Below are positions 13,221 to 27,681 of a DNA stretch of 64,000 bases, piece by piece. The notes beneath the pieces are model-generated. The model worked only from the letters and a program-made list of their open reading frames with translations. It was not told where the DNA came from and did not search any database. The translations under genes were made by a program, and so were the position numbers. The stretch's first letter is position 1. Every line of letters begins with the position of its first letter. Source of the stretch: Octopus vulgaris (taxonomy: Eukaryota); the NCBI GenBank assembly GCA_951406725.2, contig OX597831.1, positions 37,448,001-37,512,000 of the forward strand, read 5' to 3'.

Positions 13221-13877
13221 TCGTGCATTAACTTCTGTGATTGTATTTATTTTCAATTACTTAAATCCACGTCGCTCTTTCCGTGGAATTTCTCTGGCCG
13301 TGTGCGATATAACGATCAATACAATATCCACCTGGTTTTAATAAATGCTGAAGCTGATGTGAATAGCCACTGCTTTAAAGGCTGCGGATGCCATGGAAGT
13401 CCTCTGTACGTCCGTTTATTAAATTCCTTAATTTCGCAGTCAACTCATTTATTGACCTCTTCCGGATATTGGACTAACACGGTGGTGGAGCAGTCGTATG
13501 GATACCAGAACCATTTGATTCAAGCACCACTTCGCAACAACACGGTTAATTCTCCGAATATGATCTGTTGTCTGTGTAAGTCACACACGCGTACACACTA
13601 CAAACACACACACACACACACACACGCACACACACACGTCTTCGCTGGCTTAATGACATTGCATCTTCCTGCCAGACACTTATACAGCTTCGCTTTAAAT
13701 TTGACTAGAGCTTATCGCGCGCGCACGCACTCACCCACACACACACTGACACAGAATCTATACATCTCGTTCTTTCTCTCTCGTTCTTTATTTCTATTCA
13801 AATGCACACAAACATATCAATCCACGAATAGACACTCGCATATAAACTCATATATCTATACACAAACGTATGAATTG

Positions 13878-13922
<45 letters not shown>

Positions 13923-13931
13923 TTACGTATT

Positions 13932-13963
<32 letters not shown>

Positions 13964-14100
13964 ACGGGAAGCTTTATGAAAATAGACAAAAGACGAAGGC
14001 AGGTGGAACACAAACAATATATATATACATACACTTACATATTTATACACATATATAAATGCATACACTTACATATTTATACATATATATACATACACTT

Positions 14101-14159
<59 letters not shown>

Positions 14160-15115
14160 AGTGTATGTATATGTATATATTTACGTATATGTACATGCAT
14201 ATATATATATGTATATGTATATGTAAATACATTTATACATATGCATGTATGTGTGTGTGCATGTGTGCGGCTGTGTGTGTGTACACGCATACACACATTC
14301 ACTTACGCACCATCTCTCTCTCTCTCCCTCTCACACACACACACGTCCACATACATATTGGAAAAGGAACGAACTTGAGACCCCGATTTTCTCATTCTTC
14401 TTTCTTAGTCTATGGATCTAAGCATTTTAAAACCTATTGATGGATAAATCTGATTAAGAGAAATCAAACAATTTTCTCTATTACTGTTGCATGAGATCAA
14501 TTATATAGCTGTACCATTAAACTTTTGAAATTACTGCCCAATATTGGCAAAACTGTTTTGACAACATTTAACAATGTAATCTAGTCGTTTTTCTATTTAC
14601 AAAGGCAACAAATTTTATAATGCGATAAGATTTAGTCGTTAGCTCACACATTTTCCACGTTGCCTACGTTGCTGAAAATTGATACAGCGCTGTTAACAAG
14701 CATCAAGCTGGTTAATTCTAGATTGTGTTTACTTTGTGCAACTTAATGCAATTATAAACACGATAATTGCTGAAATGTAATTACTATTTCACAATCCCTC
14801 AATTTTACAATGCGCTCGTACAATTAAATAATTCTTAACAAATGCCAGGGAAATTCAATGATGGCGCACGAGAGTAGAACCGAAATCTAATATGGCGGAA
14901 TTTATTGCAATGTAAGACGTTGAAACTCAGCTATGCTAGTTATTAATTACACCAATTTCAAATAGATTGTTTCTTAGAACAGATGCGTTCAAAGTGTTTA
15001 CAGCAGCAAATGACATATGTTACATCAACACACATACACACTCACACACATTATATATACATACGTACATACATACATATATACGTGTGTATATTTTGGA
15101 TGCATATATATATAT

Positions 15116-15197
<82 letters not shown>

Positions 15198-15738
15198 TTA
15201 TATGTAGGCGAGCATAGTTCATAGCACCTACCAACTGTTATTAAAATAGAACTGATTTTGGCAGTAATGAAGCGATTAAAAAGCAATACACCATTAAACT
15301 GATCAATGATATTGATTGCAAGTTAACGTGCTGAAATACATGCACCTAGAATATGAGTTCAAGTCCGCTGTAGCCGTCTTTAATGATACAGATATTGTGT
15401 CACTGAAAAGAACGCCTTATTCTAAATTTATTCTCGTAACTCGCTTTCAAATGTTCGTGCGAGAGAATAGGGTTCTATTCCACCCGTGTGATTGATTTCC
15501 AAAACTGCTGCGAAGCATTGGCCGTTAGTATACATTTAGGATATAGAACAGATATGGCTGCTGGTATAGCATATAGCAGTCTTTCTTAGCATCTATTTTA
15601 CACATGGATGCCTTTCATTCTGAGTTTACTTGCGTGAACCCTCCAAGATATTCGATGTTAAAAAAAAACCTATTATGTTTTCGTAATTAGATGTTATTAT
15701 TAGCTGCATAAAAATAATTATCAAAATATTTTATGGTG

Positions 15739-16351
15739 CAGTAATCCCTCGACTATCGCGGGTGTTACGTTCCAAAACGCCCCGCGATAAGTGAAAATCC
15801 TCGAAATAGACACAGTAGTGTACTGTATATTATCTTTTTTTAATTATATAATTTGTATATTCTTTTATTCTTTTATTTGTTTCAGTCATTTGACAGCGGC
15901 CATGCTGGAGCACTGCCTTTAGTCGAAGAAATTGACCTCAGGACTTATTCTTTGTAAACCTAGTACTTATTCTATCGGTGACTTTTACCGAACCGCTAAG
16001 TGACGGATATGTGAACACACCAACATTGGTTGTCAAGCGATGGTGGGGGAGACCAACTCATACACAAACATATACACACACACACATATACGACAGGTTT
16101 CTTTCAGTTTCTGTCTACCAAATCCACTCACAAGGCTTTGGTCTGCTTGGGGCTATAGTAGAAGACACTTGCCCCAGGTTCCGAGCAGTGGAACTGAATC
16201 CGGAACCATGTGGTTGGTAAGTAAGCTACTTACCACATACCCATGCAAAACAACACACCACGGAGGAATCGACGTAAGCTTTCTATCAAAAATAAAAAAA
16301 CAGGAAGAGTGAACAGCGATAGGTGAACCGCGATATAGCGAGCGATTACTG
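15739..16351. mobile_element. Tigger/pogo-like MITE containing a nested SINE
   Basis: TIRs cagtaatccctcgactatcgcgg and ccgcgatatagcgagcgattactg, followed by TA. Confidence 0.8.
15862..16240 (-). mobile_element. CORE-like SINE nested in the MITE
   Basis: Reverse complement of the 7472-7876 family. Confidence 0.88.
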
Positions 16352-16454
16352 TATTTTAAAAGTATGAGCAATTTATTGCAGATAAATCTTAATAACAAAT
16401 ATCTTTTATGGCTCCCAACTGCCACATGGACTCTTGTTGAGAACTACTGGTTTT

Positions 16455-16756
16455 CGTTTGTTGTTTGTTTCTTTTCGAGCCACGCCTCGCTCATAAGGGC
16501 CGGTTTACCGGCTTCCTTGGCGTGTAGGTTCCCCACGTGGACAGGACGCCAGTCCGTCGCAGGTGAGCTGCAAGATGCAGGAGGAAAGAGTGAGAGAAAG
16601 TTGTGGCGGAAAAGTCAGCAGAAGTTCGCCATTACATTCTGCCGGAGTCGCGTGGAGGTGTTTCGCTCATAAACACACACATCACCCGGTCTGAGATTCG
16701 AACCAACGATCCCTCGATTGCGAGTCCGCTGCTCTAAACCCTAGTCCATGTGTCTC
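16455..16756 (-). mobile_element. tRNA-derived SINE of another family (V-SINE/L2-like 3' part)
   Basis: Minus-strand tRNA head with ggttcgaatctc B box; gcgacggactggcgtcctgtcca motif. Confidence 0.75.
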
Positions 16757-17763
16757 TGCCATTGTTTTTAGTGAGGTACATTCTAACGTTCTAATGAGAC
16801 CTAAGAAGAGAGCTAATTTTCCTTCAGTCAGATGGCTACGGAAGAAAACATTGTAAGGTGGAGCAGACTTACAATTCTAGTCATTGATATTCGTTCGGCT
16901 TAGCTGTCATGAACCGTAACGTCCATTGGCGAGAGGTGATAGAGATCGGTTAATTTAGTGCCGGCACTGTGTGAGTGGCATGAATTAGCCAAGTGTTGCC
17001 ATCGCTAGTTCTGCAATCGCTTTTGCTGCGGACAAAAACGTATCACGACTTTGTCGCTGTGCCAGTAAGATTACAGAGAGAAATACGTTTCTCTGAAGAT
17101 TTCTTAATGCAATGTATTATATAATATTCATTATATGACTGATAATCAATCTTTGTAAGCAAAACATGCGTGAGGAAATATATTCAATATTTTCAATATT
17201 TTCAAAATTTTCAATATTTTCTCAGAGACATACACAACTCCGGACTTCAAAACACTACGAAGTTTCCTTCAAATAAATGGGATGCCATAGGGTATATTAG
17301 TTATTGGCTGTGAAATTTAAATTCCATTTGCACTATGCTTCTGTGTGCGTGCATATTATATACATTTATATGCATATATACGTATCTGTGTGCGTGTGTG
17401 TTCGTGCATTCATATTGTTTAATGTTTTATTTTAGTATATGTACGATAAAGCTGAGACCACGCAGAAGCGTTGCCACGCCGGACACCATGTTCAGTGACA
17501 TTTCTTCCGGCTCTACGTTTTGAGCTCACATTGCCCGCAGTTGGCTTGCTTTTTATTTTATTTTCGCCATTTGAACACTGAAGGACAATGTAATCATTTA
17601 AACTCCTCCCACGAAAATTTCAGACCTAGTTCCTGCGATAGAAAAGATTACATGTATACGCATATATACGTGCGTAAACATGCACATTCTATCGACGGAG
17701 TGCTCGAAAAAGTATTCAATATTACGCATGTTTATCTGTGTGAGTATATGTATGTACACAGAC

Positions 17764-17805
<42 letters not shown>

Positions 17806-18235
17806 AACTCCATTCTTCACCAAGTGCCACATATTAGACGAGTTTCGCCGTAATAACAGTGTAGCACAAAACGGCGGTGCATCAGCATGGCCGCAGCTCT
17901 GAGCTGAAACTGAAAATTAAAATAAAATAAAAAAATTTAAATATATATATGTATACATACATACGTACGCATATACGACGTGAGGGAGAGATATTAATCG
18001 ACAATCTTCATCACATGCTTGTTTAAGCCATTAGACTGCACCGCAGAATTTTTGTCTGGCACTTATTATATCGAGTTCCTTTGTCGAATTGCTGGGCGGC
18101 AAGGCCGGAAAATAACAAACATTGTGAAGTGGTGGGGAACACAGACACACACGCGCATACACACGCACACACACAGAAACACAAATACGTACACACCCAT
18201 ACATACACGCATACGTAGATTCATACACATAAATT

Positions 18236-18294
<59 letters not shown>

Positions 18295-18297
<3 letters not shown>

Positions 18298-18478
18298 CGA
18301 AGTAAACACATAAATGTGAAACAAGGTGGAAAAAAGAGTACTCAAATACCAGTGGAAGAGTAATATGCTTCATTTAAAGCAGCAGAAAATTCAACAAAAC
18401 CTGTTACTCTGTCCGATGAACGGCAACGGGAAACTCAGAGTAACAGGTTTTGTTGAATTTTCTGCTGCTTTAAATAAA

Positions 18479-18484
<6 letters not shown>
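18295..18484. mobile_element. Fold-back mini-element (49-bp arms) centred on a hammerhead, between (TA)n tracts
   Basis: 18363-18411 is the reverse complement of 18436-18484; related sequence at about 45465-45525. Confidence 0.8.
18409..18446 (+). ncRNA. Minimal hammerhead motif (C4 variant)
   Basis: ctgt CCGATGA a cg-gcaa-cg g GAAA C tcaga GTA acag. Confidence 0.65.
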
Positions 18485-18556
<72 letters not shown>

Positions 18557-18616
18557 ATATATATATATATAGATATATATACATACATACATATATATAT
18601 AAGTATACATGCATAC

Positions 18617-18701
<85 letters not shown>

Positions 18702-18703
<2 letters not shown>

Positions 18704-18890
18704 AGAATTCACACAAAAAAACAACAAAAGACGAAGACAGGTGAAATAGACAACAAACAGATGCATTAATATATCGCTCGGGTTGTGAAAAATTCTTTAA
18801 CATTTCGAGCATACGCACTTCCACAGAATGGAACACAGAATGAAACAAGGAGAGAAAATAAAGAATGTGTATTTGCTAGCGATCTATCAT
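18702..18890 (-). mobile_element. Solo Penelope pseudo-LTR with U6 hammerhead (18795-18830)
   Basis: Homologous to 705-788/1201-1325; CTGTGGA a gtgc-gtat-gctc GAAA TGTT aaag. Confidence 0.75.
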
Positions 18891-19084
18891 GCCCAGACGA
18901 ATGACCTCTTTCAGTTTTACGCTGCTACACCCACTGACACGTGTTTGGTCAGTCCGAGACTAAAGTGGACGATACTTCCCGAAGTTACTCCATGGTGAGT
19001 CTGAACCCCGAACCGTAGTATTGCGATGCCACGCCTGTAAATATATACACAGAAACACATGTATTTTAAATAGTAACACTGAAA

Positions 19085-19384
19085 TATGTCAGTATGGACA
19101 CTCCTAAGAACGCTCTTGATCATGAGCAGATATCGCCAAGTTTTTGGCAAAATTTTACACAGATTCTCTGCTCAACTTGCACTGTCACAGTCATTGCGAC
19201 GATTACACGCTACACACCTTTCTTCCAAGCACTGCTGTAGCCAGCAGAAGCGAGCTAGTACATTAAAATTCATTGCACATGCACAGCAGAATTTTAGGTC
19301 AACCTGTGCCAAGCGGCTTCTCCCTCCATATTTTAGCAGTCTTACTATAGCAAAAATCCGGATACTTAGTGACAAGACCACATA
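19085..19384. mobile_element. Half copy of the 3448-4103 MITE family
   Basis: Shares cttccaagcactgctgta and the TIR-like end tccggatacttagtgacaagaccacata. Confidence 0.6.
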
Positions 19385-19526
19385 CATATGTTTGTATGTG
19401 TGTGTGTATGTATAAATCCCCCCACACATATATACATATGTATGTATGCATATGTATGTATATACACATATATATGTGTATGTATATACATACATATATG
19501 TATGCATGCATGTATGTATACACACA

Positions 19527-19576
<50 letters not shown>

Positions 19577-19586
19577 TAATTATGTG

Positions 19587-19662
<76 letters not shown>

Positions 19663-19663
19663 C

Positions 19664-19705
<42 letters not shown>

Positions 19706-20699
19706 TCATACGTCCACACGCATTCAGGCAAACACCACGTTAGTTGCATTTAATACACGTATGTATCATGTGTGAGAGTGCGCGCGTATATGTGCATCCT
19801 TTCATTGAAGTAAAATTATATAACTCAACACTTTGCCATTCGTAGCATGTACGACAGCTGGATGATCACATCATACATGCGTGCATAATCTATATACATG
19901 TTTTCCAAGCCGACTCACATACTTTTTTTCTTATGCTCATTCTATACGCATACACCTCTATGTATTCGTAAGCGTTGATAGAGATTACCAAGCATGGATA
20001 CAAATGTACATACCTAAGCAGCACAAATAACATTAACAATAGGTGTGATAGCCTGTCAAATTGTGGTTGAAGCTAAGCTACCCGCATAACTGCAAGCATC
20101 TCACATATTTCACGATATCAATCGCAGCAACTAAGTCTCTCGGGGCTTACTCGCTACATTGTAATTGATTATCGATCGATCGTGATTCCTTGGAAATCAC
20201 TCTAGCGCAGAAGTAAACGCAACAGTAATATTGCTTCCAAGAATCGAACGCAAATACGTATATTATTTCCTTCTCCATCAAAACATCACAAACAACGTTG
20301 GTAAGGAGATTGTGACATCAACAAAGCGTAAACAATCACGGATCAGAAGTAGAAAACGTCAAATTAAGCAAAATGAAAGAAGAACGTTTCTGTTATGGTT
20401 TTTGGCGAATCAGAAGATGGCGTGTCGTAATGTGGTTACGGAATTAATCTGACGATAAGAACGCGCGGATTTCGGCAATTTCTAGTATTATTCAGAATAT
20501 CTTTTATGAATGGCATTTAAACTGTTTATTATAAATTTAGTTTTATTTGTTATACGTTTCATTTTTATGTAATTCAATACTATCCAGGCTTTTGTTACAC
20601 GTGTTGTTTGTTATTATATATACATAGAAGTGCTCGCGTATACATGCAAACACACATTCTTATATTTTTATATAAATATATATATGTGTGTGTATAAAT

Positions 20700-21175
<476 letters not shown>

Positions 21176-21689
21176 TATCATACATAGTACGATCACGACT
21201 GTTATATTTAAAATGGAAGTTACAGAAATTGATTAACAGGAGACATTGTTTGGGACGAAGCACCATCATTGATGAACTGGCTGCCTGAACGTAAGGACAA
21301 AGAGAAAAGATGTTTGCGCGCGTTGTTCGATCTGAAATGCTAGTGTGAATGAACAACAATTTACAAATGAGCTGGACATGGCTGTGTGGTAAGAAGGAAA
21401 AGTTTGTGAATATTTGTCGTCTTTAATAAAAGTATATATACATGTACATATCCCATAGTTAGGAACGGTGCGTAGCCTGTGAATCCACATGAGTTGTGAT
21501 GCAACATTTCATGTGCGTATCAACAGAATGGCAATACTGTGCAGGCGGATAAATCCTTAACTCATTCAGAACCAGAAATAAGGAAAGCTTGCAATTGCTA
21601 TGGAGGGCATTTGTCCACAGTCGTCTGGCAGAGCGATAAATTGGTGGCGGAACTTGGGGCAATCCAGCGCCACTACGCAAATAACATTG

Positions 21690-22410
21690 GCTCGGTAAAA
21701 GAGATGAGCTACAGGTAGAGATTACAAGAACTGAAGCTCTACTGCATGGAATGATGGCAAGAAACGTATGCAGTGATATACATATGGAAATCCTGGAAGG
21801 TCTAACTCCCAACTTTGGAATTAAAAGCTATACTAATCACCGAACTGAACGGCACTGCATAATACCAAAGATACTGCCTTCTTCGTCTCAGATAAGAATC
21901 CAGTATTTCTTTACTACACACAAGGGGCTAAACACAGAGGGGACAAACAAGGACAGACAAACGGATTAAGTCGATTACATCGACCCCAATGTGCAACTGG
22001 TACTTAATTTATCGACCCCGAGAGGATGAAAGGCAAAGTCAACCTCGGTGGAATTTGAACAAAGGACGAAATACGGCTACGCATTTCGCCCGGCGTGCTA
22101 ACGATTCTGCCAGCTCGCCGCCTTTAGAATGCAGTATTGCAACAGCTTGGGTTTCAGGGGAGCAAAAACCGTTTAACAGACTGCCGAGGAACCTAAGGCA
22201 TCTGTAAGGGGTTGATGTGGAAACATTCAAAAAGCAACTGGACAAATTTCTATCTGAAATCCCAAATGAACCTACATCACTGCAGATGGCACAAAGATGG
22301 GCAGCATTGTCCAACTCGCTTCTTGACCAGAAACAGTAACAACAGGAGGCCCCAAAACACGGAAAGGTATTGCTCCAACATAGCACGAGCTTCAGGGTGA
22401 AACCAGTAAG
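21690..22410 (+). mobile_element. CR1/L2-group LINE 3' remnant interrupted by a SINE
   Basis: Fragments ELKLY, EILEGLTPNFGI, FNRLPRNLR and VETFKKQLDKFLSEIPNEP match LINE ORF2 C-termini. Confidence 0.75.
21908..22125 (-). mobile_element. Nin-domain SINE with 13-bp TSD
   Basis: agaat(c/g)cagtatt at 21895-21907 and 22126-22138. Confidence 0.9.
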
Positions 22411-22425
22411 AGAATAGAAGAACGA

Positions 22426-22467
<42 letters not shown>

Positions 22468-22682
22468 GAATACATATACGAATTCGTACGTGTATACGAG
22501 AACAAATCCGTGTTTACTTTAGGGACTATGTATTTTATTTCGCGTTATATATTGTATAAAGTCGCATTGTGACCGACTTTACCTTGAAATATATACAGGT
22601 AAATGTATATATACATGAACATATTATAAGGCATCTCTCTCTGTATATATATGTATGTATGAAAATATATAAGTATATATAC

Positions 22683-22742
<60 letters not shown>

Positions 22743-22830
22743 AGGAGTGAGTAGACAAACGAAAGAAGGGTACTCAACACATTTATCGGGAATTACATGT
22801 ATGGATCAAAACACTTTGATTCAAACTGCT

Positions 22831-22869
22831 GGGTACACTGAGTTTTAAGCGTGACGCTAATCTTCGGCC
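22831..22869 (-). ncRNA. Decayed hammerhead motif abutting (TA)n
   Basis: gg CCGAAGA tt agcg-tca-cgct t AAAA C tcagt GTA ccc; G12 replaced by A. Confidence 0.5.
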
Positions 22870-22912
22870 ATATATATAGACATATATATATATATCAGAT
22901 TGTTTATATATA

Positions 22913-22982
<70 letters not shown>

Positions 22983-23340
22983 TCCATATATAAACTCTTA
23001 CACGTATAGGAATATACAAATACACACACGCACCACAGTTATGAGAACTATTCTCATAAGCTGTTACAAATCCAGTTACCGAGAAATCACTTTAACTAAT
23101 GAAAATCAACGATAAAATTTGTACTAAGAGAAGCTTGTTTGATTGTGTATTTGATGACAAAAAACTCGCAAAATAAATTCACCCATATATACACAGTATG
23201 TATAAACACACACACGCACACTCAAATATGCACGTAACGAGTTATATAAATGTATATATATATATATACATATGCCTACCTACATACATATATTTATATA
23301 TTTATATATATATATATGTGTGTGTGTATTTATATATATT

Positions 23341-23403
<63 letters not shown>

Positions 23404-23794
23404 GTGCTATCGTTTATGTGCACAATACAATTTACCTTCAACAATAAATGGATTTCGTTTTTTCTTCTGCCTTGACGGATTTTAATATTTTTCCGTCGAT
23501 AACCTATATTTTCAATTTCTAATCTGTAAAATCTCCTTAGGCAAAATATCTTTTACACACCAGAGAATTATCAGATATATAGATTCTTCTGTGTTTTGTC
23601 ATGGAAACACTCCCTATCCAATATCGTCATCACGTTTGCATGTCTCCCATTGTCTTATATTAGTTGCCGAACGTTAGCGGCGAAATAATCACTCTCCCAT
23701 TTATATGCTGACTAGGATTTCCACTTCATTTTTATCTACGGGACTAGCATTTACGGACGGCATATATATGATAGGCGTTCTTCTTTTATATATA

Positions 23795-23833
<39 letters not shown>

Positions 23834-23959
23834 GAACGTGAAAGCGCGTATAGCCTCTTATCATTTATTATTGGGTTGTAATAACATTTTATTTCAAGAT
23901 CAAAGAAAGAAAATAGAAACAGTGCGTGGTAGACGACGAAAACGAAGAACAAAAGAGGT

Positions 23960-24070
23960 CTAGGAGGAGGAGGAGCTAGAAATAGAAGAAGAAGAGGAAG
24001 CAGAAGCAGAAGAAGAAGAAGAAGAAGAAGAAGAAGAAGGAGGAGGAGGAGGAGGAGGGAGAGGGAAAGA
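23960..24070. repeat. (GAA)n/(GGA)n purine tract
   Basis: Direct reading. Confidence 0.9.
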
Positions 24071-24432
24071 ACAGATGATTATACGCATAAGTTTACGCTT
24101 TTATGTATGAGAGTGTAACTATTACAAAGTAGGAGATATGCCGAAATGTTGCAGAAATAAAGAGAAGGCGATCATAAATCATTCAAACTTGTTCAAAATG
24201 TCTTGTTTTAGAGAAGACTAACGTTGCAGTGTTTCGTTTATTCTATATAACGTCTTGTTATCTTCATTGCTTAATGTCTGCTGTCATTAGAATATATAGA
24301 TATGTTGGGTAAATGATTTAGAAATCAGTTAAGTTTCCAGCGAAAAACATTACTGAAACGCTGAAAAGTAGCATCAATGCATCAATCTCAACACAAATCG
24401 AAGACATTTATATATATATATATATATGTATA

Positions 24433-24468
<36 letters not shown>

Positions 24469-24478
<10 letters not shown>

Positions 24479-26531
24479 TATTAGAGACAAAACCACTATT
24501 TTGCAAAACAAACAAGGAAAGACTTAATCAATACATAAAATTTTAATAAATAGTAAAAAAAACCGCCACTACAATCGTTTCTTGTCTTGATCGACAATCT
24601 TCAGGTGGACTTCCAATCTAAAATATCAATATTTTAAAATATAAAAATAATAATTTGAAAATAATTAAAGTATGAATGAAAAAATATAAACATATAATCC
24701 ATATATAACCTATATATAATCCATATATACTCAATATATAAACAATATATAAACTAAAATAAACCTATCAACAATTAAATATAAAATATAAAATATAAAA
24801 TATAAAACAAAACAAAAAAATAATAATAATATAATAATAAACTATATATACACCCATACACATATACCTAATTATATATAACCATATCTAACTACATACA
24901 CTAAATCACACACCTATATATATATCCCTATACATACACATAAAAACGTCTAGGCAACTATAAATAAATAAAATAGCTAAATACTTCAACACAATACTTA
25001 TTCATACTCCCACACACACACACACATACAACCCACATTCACGCTCTAGAAAACGGACATCACTCAAAATTATGAACGGAGAAATGGAATAAATGGAATT
25101 AAAAATTATATTCACTTGGTAAAACGAACACTACTTAAAAATTATGAATGAAACAATGCAATAAAACAACAGACATCGCAAATAGACACAAATTACTACG
25201 AATTCCTTAACAAACCTACCATGATAAACCAAAACTCATAAAAACATATAATGATAAAATCTCCCTTTACTAAACTCTATAACAAACCTATATAGCAATC
25301 CCCCTAACCTAAACATTCACACACAAATACACACACGTAAACCACACACCCACGACATATACAAATACCCACACCACTTACACATACCAATACATACATA
25401 TAAACCTCAACATATACTCCAAAAACCCACTCAACCCCACACAGACAAATAAACACAAAAATTATGAATGGATTCTTTTATAAAACTACCATGATAAGCT
25501 AAAACTCACAAAACAGAAATGATAAAACCTCCCTTTACTAAACACTATAACATACTTATATAGCAATCCCTTTAACCTATACATTCACACACAAATACAC
25601 ACACGTAAACCACACACCCATAACAAATACAAACACCCACCCCACTCACACACACCCACAAGTACATATAAGCCTCAACATATACACCAAACAAAATTAC
25701 TTTACCAAGGAACTTAACATATGTATAAAAAGTATAACCGCTCTGGAAACGAACATCTTTAAATTAATGAATGGAGAAATGGAATAAATGGAATTAAAAA
25801 TAATATTCACGTGGCAAAACGAACACCACTCAAAAATTATGAATGAAACAATGTAATAAAACAACCAACATCGAAAATAGACAAATTACCACGAATTCCC
25901 TAAAATAACCATGATAAACCAAAACTCTTAAAAACATATAACGATAAAATCTCCCTTTGCTAAACTCTATAACAAACCTATATAGCAATCCCCCTAACCT
26001 AAACATTCACACACAAATACACACACGTAAACCACAGACCCACAACTTATACACATACCTACTAACTTATAAACCTCAATATACACCAAAACCCACTCCC
26101 TCCCCACACAGACAAATTAACACATACATCCCAAAACCTAAATAACAAACCCATATACACATTCACACAGAAACACACACACACGCAAAACACACACACA
26201 CAACAGATACATATACTCCCTCACATATACGCATATACATACTCACTAAACTCGATATATACAACAATATTTACACACCCACACTCATACAGATAAATAA
26301 ATTATACAACTAAAAACTCACACACAATCTCATATACATAAACACTCCTATGAAAACAACATTAAATACATCGTAATTAACCAGAATATCAAAAATAACA
26401 ATATGACATAAAGATAAATAACATACTTACAAGTCAGTTTCAAATTATGAAGTGAAATTAAATTCTTAGCCGTTAAAAAAATCAAACCAAAATTACGTTA
26501 CCATAGAAATAACTTATGTAAAAAAAGAATA
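24469..26531 (-). repeat. Left arm of giant inverted repeat
   Basis: Reverse complement of 27682-29746, with only a handful of differences seen. Confidence 0.95.
24566..24608 (-). ncRNA. Minimal type I hammerhead ribozyme, canonical core
   Basis: Exact reverse complement of 29607-29649. Confidence 0.85.
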
Positions 26532-26964
26532 CGCGCCATGGAAAGTAAACGTCATTTAAATTATGAATGGAGAAATAGAATAAATGGAACTAAAAACTAT
26601 ATCCACGTGGCAAACCAACACTACTTAAAAAAATTTATTATGAATGGATTCTTTAAAAAACTACCATGAAAAATCATTATATACATCTATGAGCTTTAGC
26701 TCACCTTAGCAGCTCTAACAAACAACTTACAGTAACCCAAACCCATTCTCTATGCCTACCTCACTACTACACTATTCCATTCACAATTCCAAGCAACGCT
26801 AGTCCACCACCCAGTTACAAATCCCAACTCCACCCATTCATTCACAATTCCAACGACGTCCGCCTCCAAACGCTACATATAAGCCTCAACATATACACCG
26901 GAGATTCACTTTCACATCCGTGCGGATGGGTAAGAGTATACATTGAGTGTAGTGATGGGGCTCC

Positions 26965-27426
26965 CATTACTATACACATTTGTACCTGTGTGGTAGTCTC
27001 CATGTGTATATTCACGCACGGGTATAAATGCAGGGGGTACACGCGCACGTCATTTGCGTGTACCCCCTCACATGTACATATGCATGCTATTTGGGCTCGA
27101 TATATGCAACAATGTAATCGCGCCCGCATACATGCATATGGGCGAGTTGCACAATCAAAAAACGCACACGTGTGTGTGTGCGTTCCCTGGTTGTGCATTA
27201 CTATACACATTTGTACCTGTGTGGTAGTCTCAATGTGTATATTCACGCACGGGTATAAATGCAGGGGGTACACGCGCACGTCATTTGCGTGTACCCCCTC
27301 ACATGTACATATGCATGCTATTTGGGCTCGATATATGCAACAAGTTAATCGCGCCCGCATACATGCATATGGGCGAGTTGCACAATCAAAAAACGCACAC
27401 GTGTGTGTGTGCGTTCCCTGGTTGTG
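26965..27426. repeat. 231-bp direct tandem duplication in the palindrome spacer
   Basis: 26965-27195 and 27196-27426 differ at two sites. Confidence 0.95.
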
Positions 27427-27681
27427 CAATTCACCCATCTGGGTGTGAGTGGGTGTAAGCGTATCGCTGTGGATGTCGGGCTTGATACGTATGTATATGA
27501 GTGTGTATTGGGGGGTTGTACGTATTAATTGTGTGCATGTGCTTCACGCACTTGCGTCCATGTATGGATGAATATATTGGGATTACTATGTGGGTGTAAA
27601 TTAGGTATGGAGGGGGGGGAGTTTTGTCATTGTATGGGTGTGGGTTTCATTTGTGATGGTGGTTAGTTGGTGATTTTTGGT

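Noticed and set aside
12909-13964. 351-aa ORF
   Set aside because: Mostly TG/CA/TA repeats; the unique middle (about 13260-13580) has no recognisable domain or convincing splice pair.
17830-17890. Minus-strand hammerhead-like CTGATGC...acggc GAAA CTC GTC
   Set aside because: A9 is missing, stem I does not pair, and the apparent core comes from an adjoining SINE tail.
26842-27448. Cys-rich repeated ORFs on both strands
   Set aside because: By-product of the 231-bp duplication of TG/CA-rich DNA; no domain recognised.
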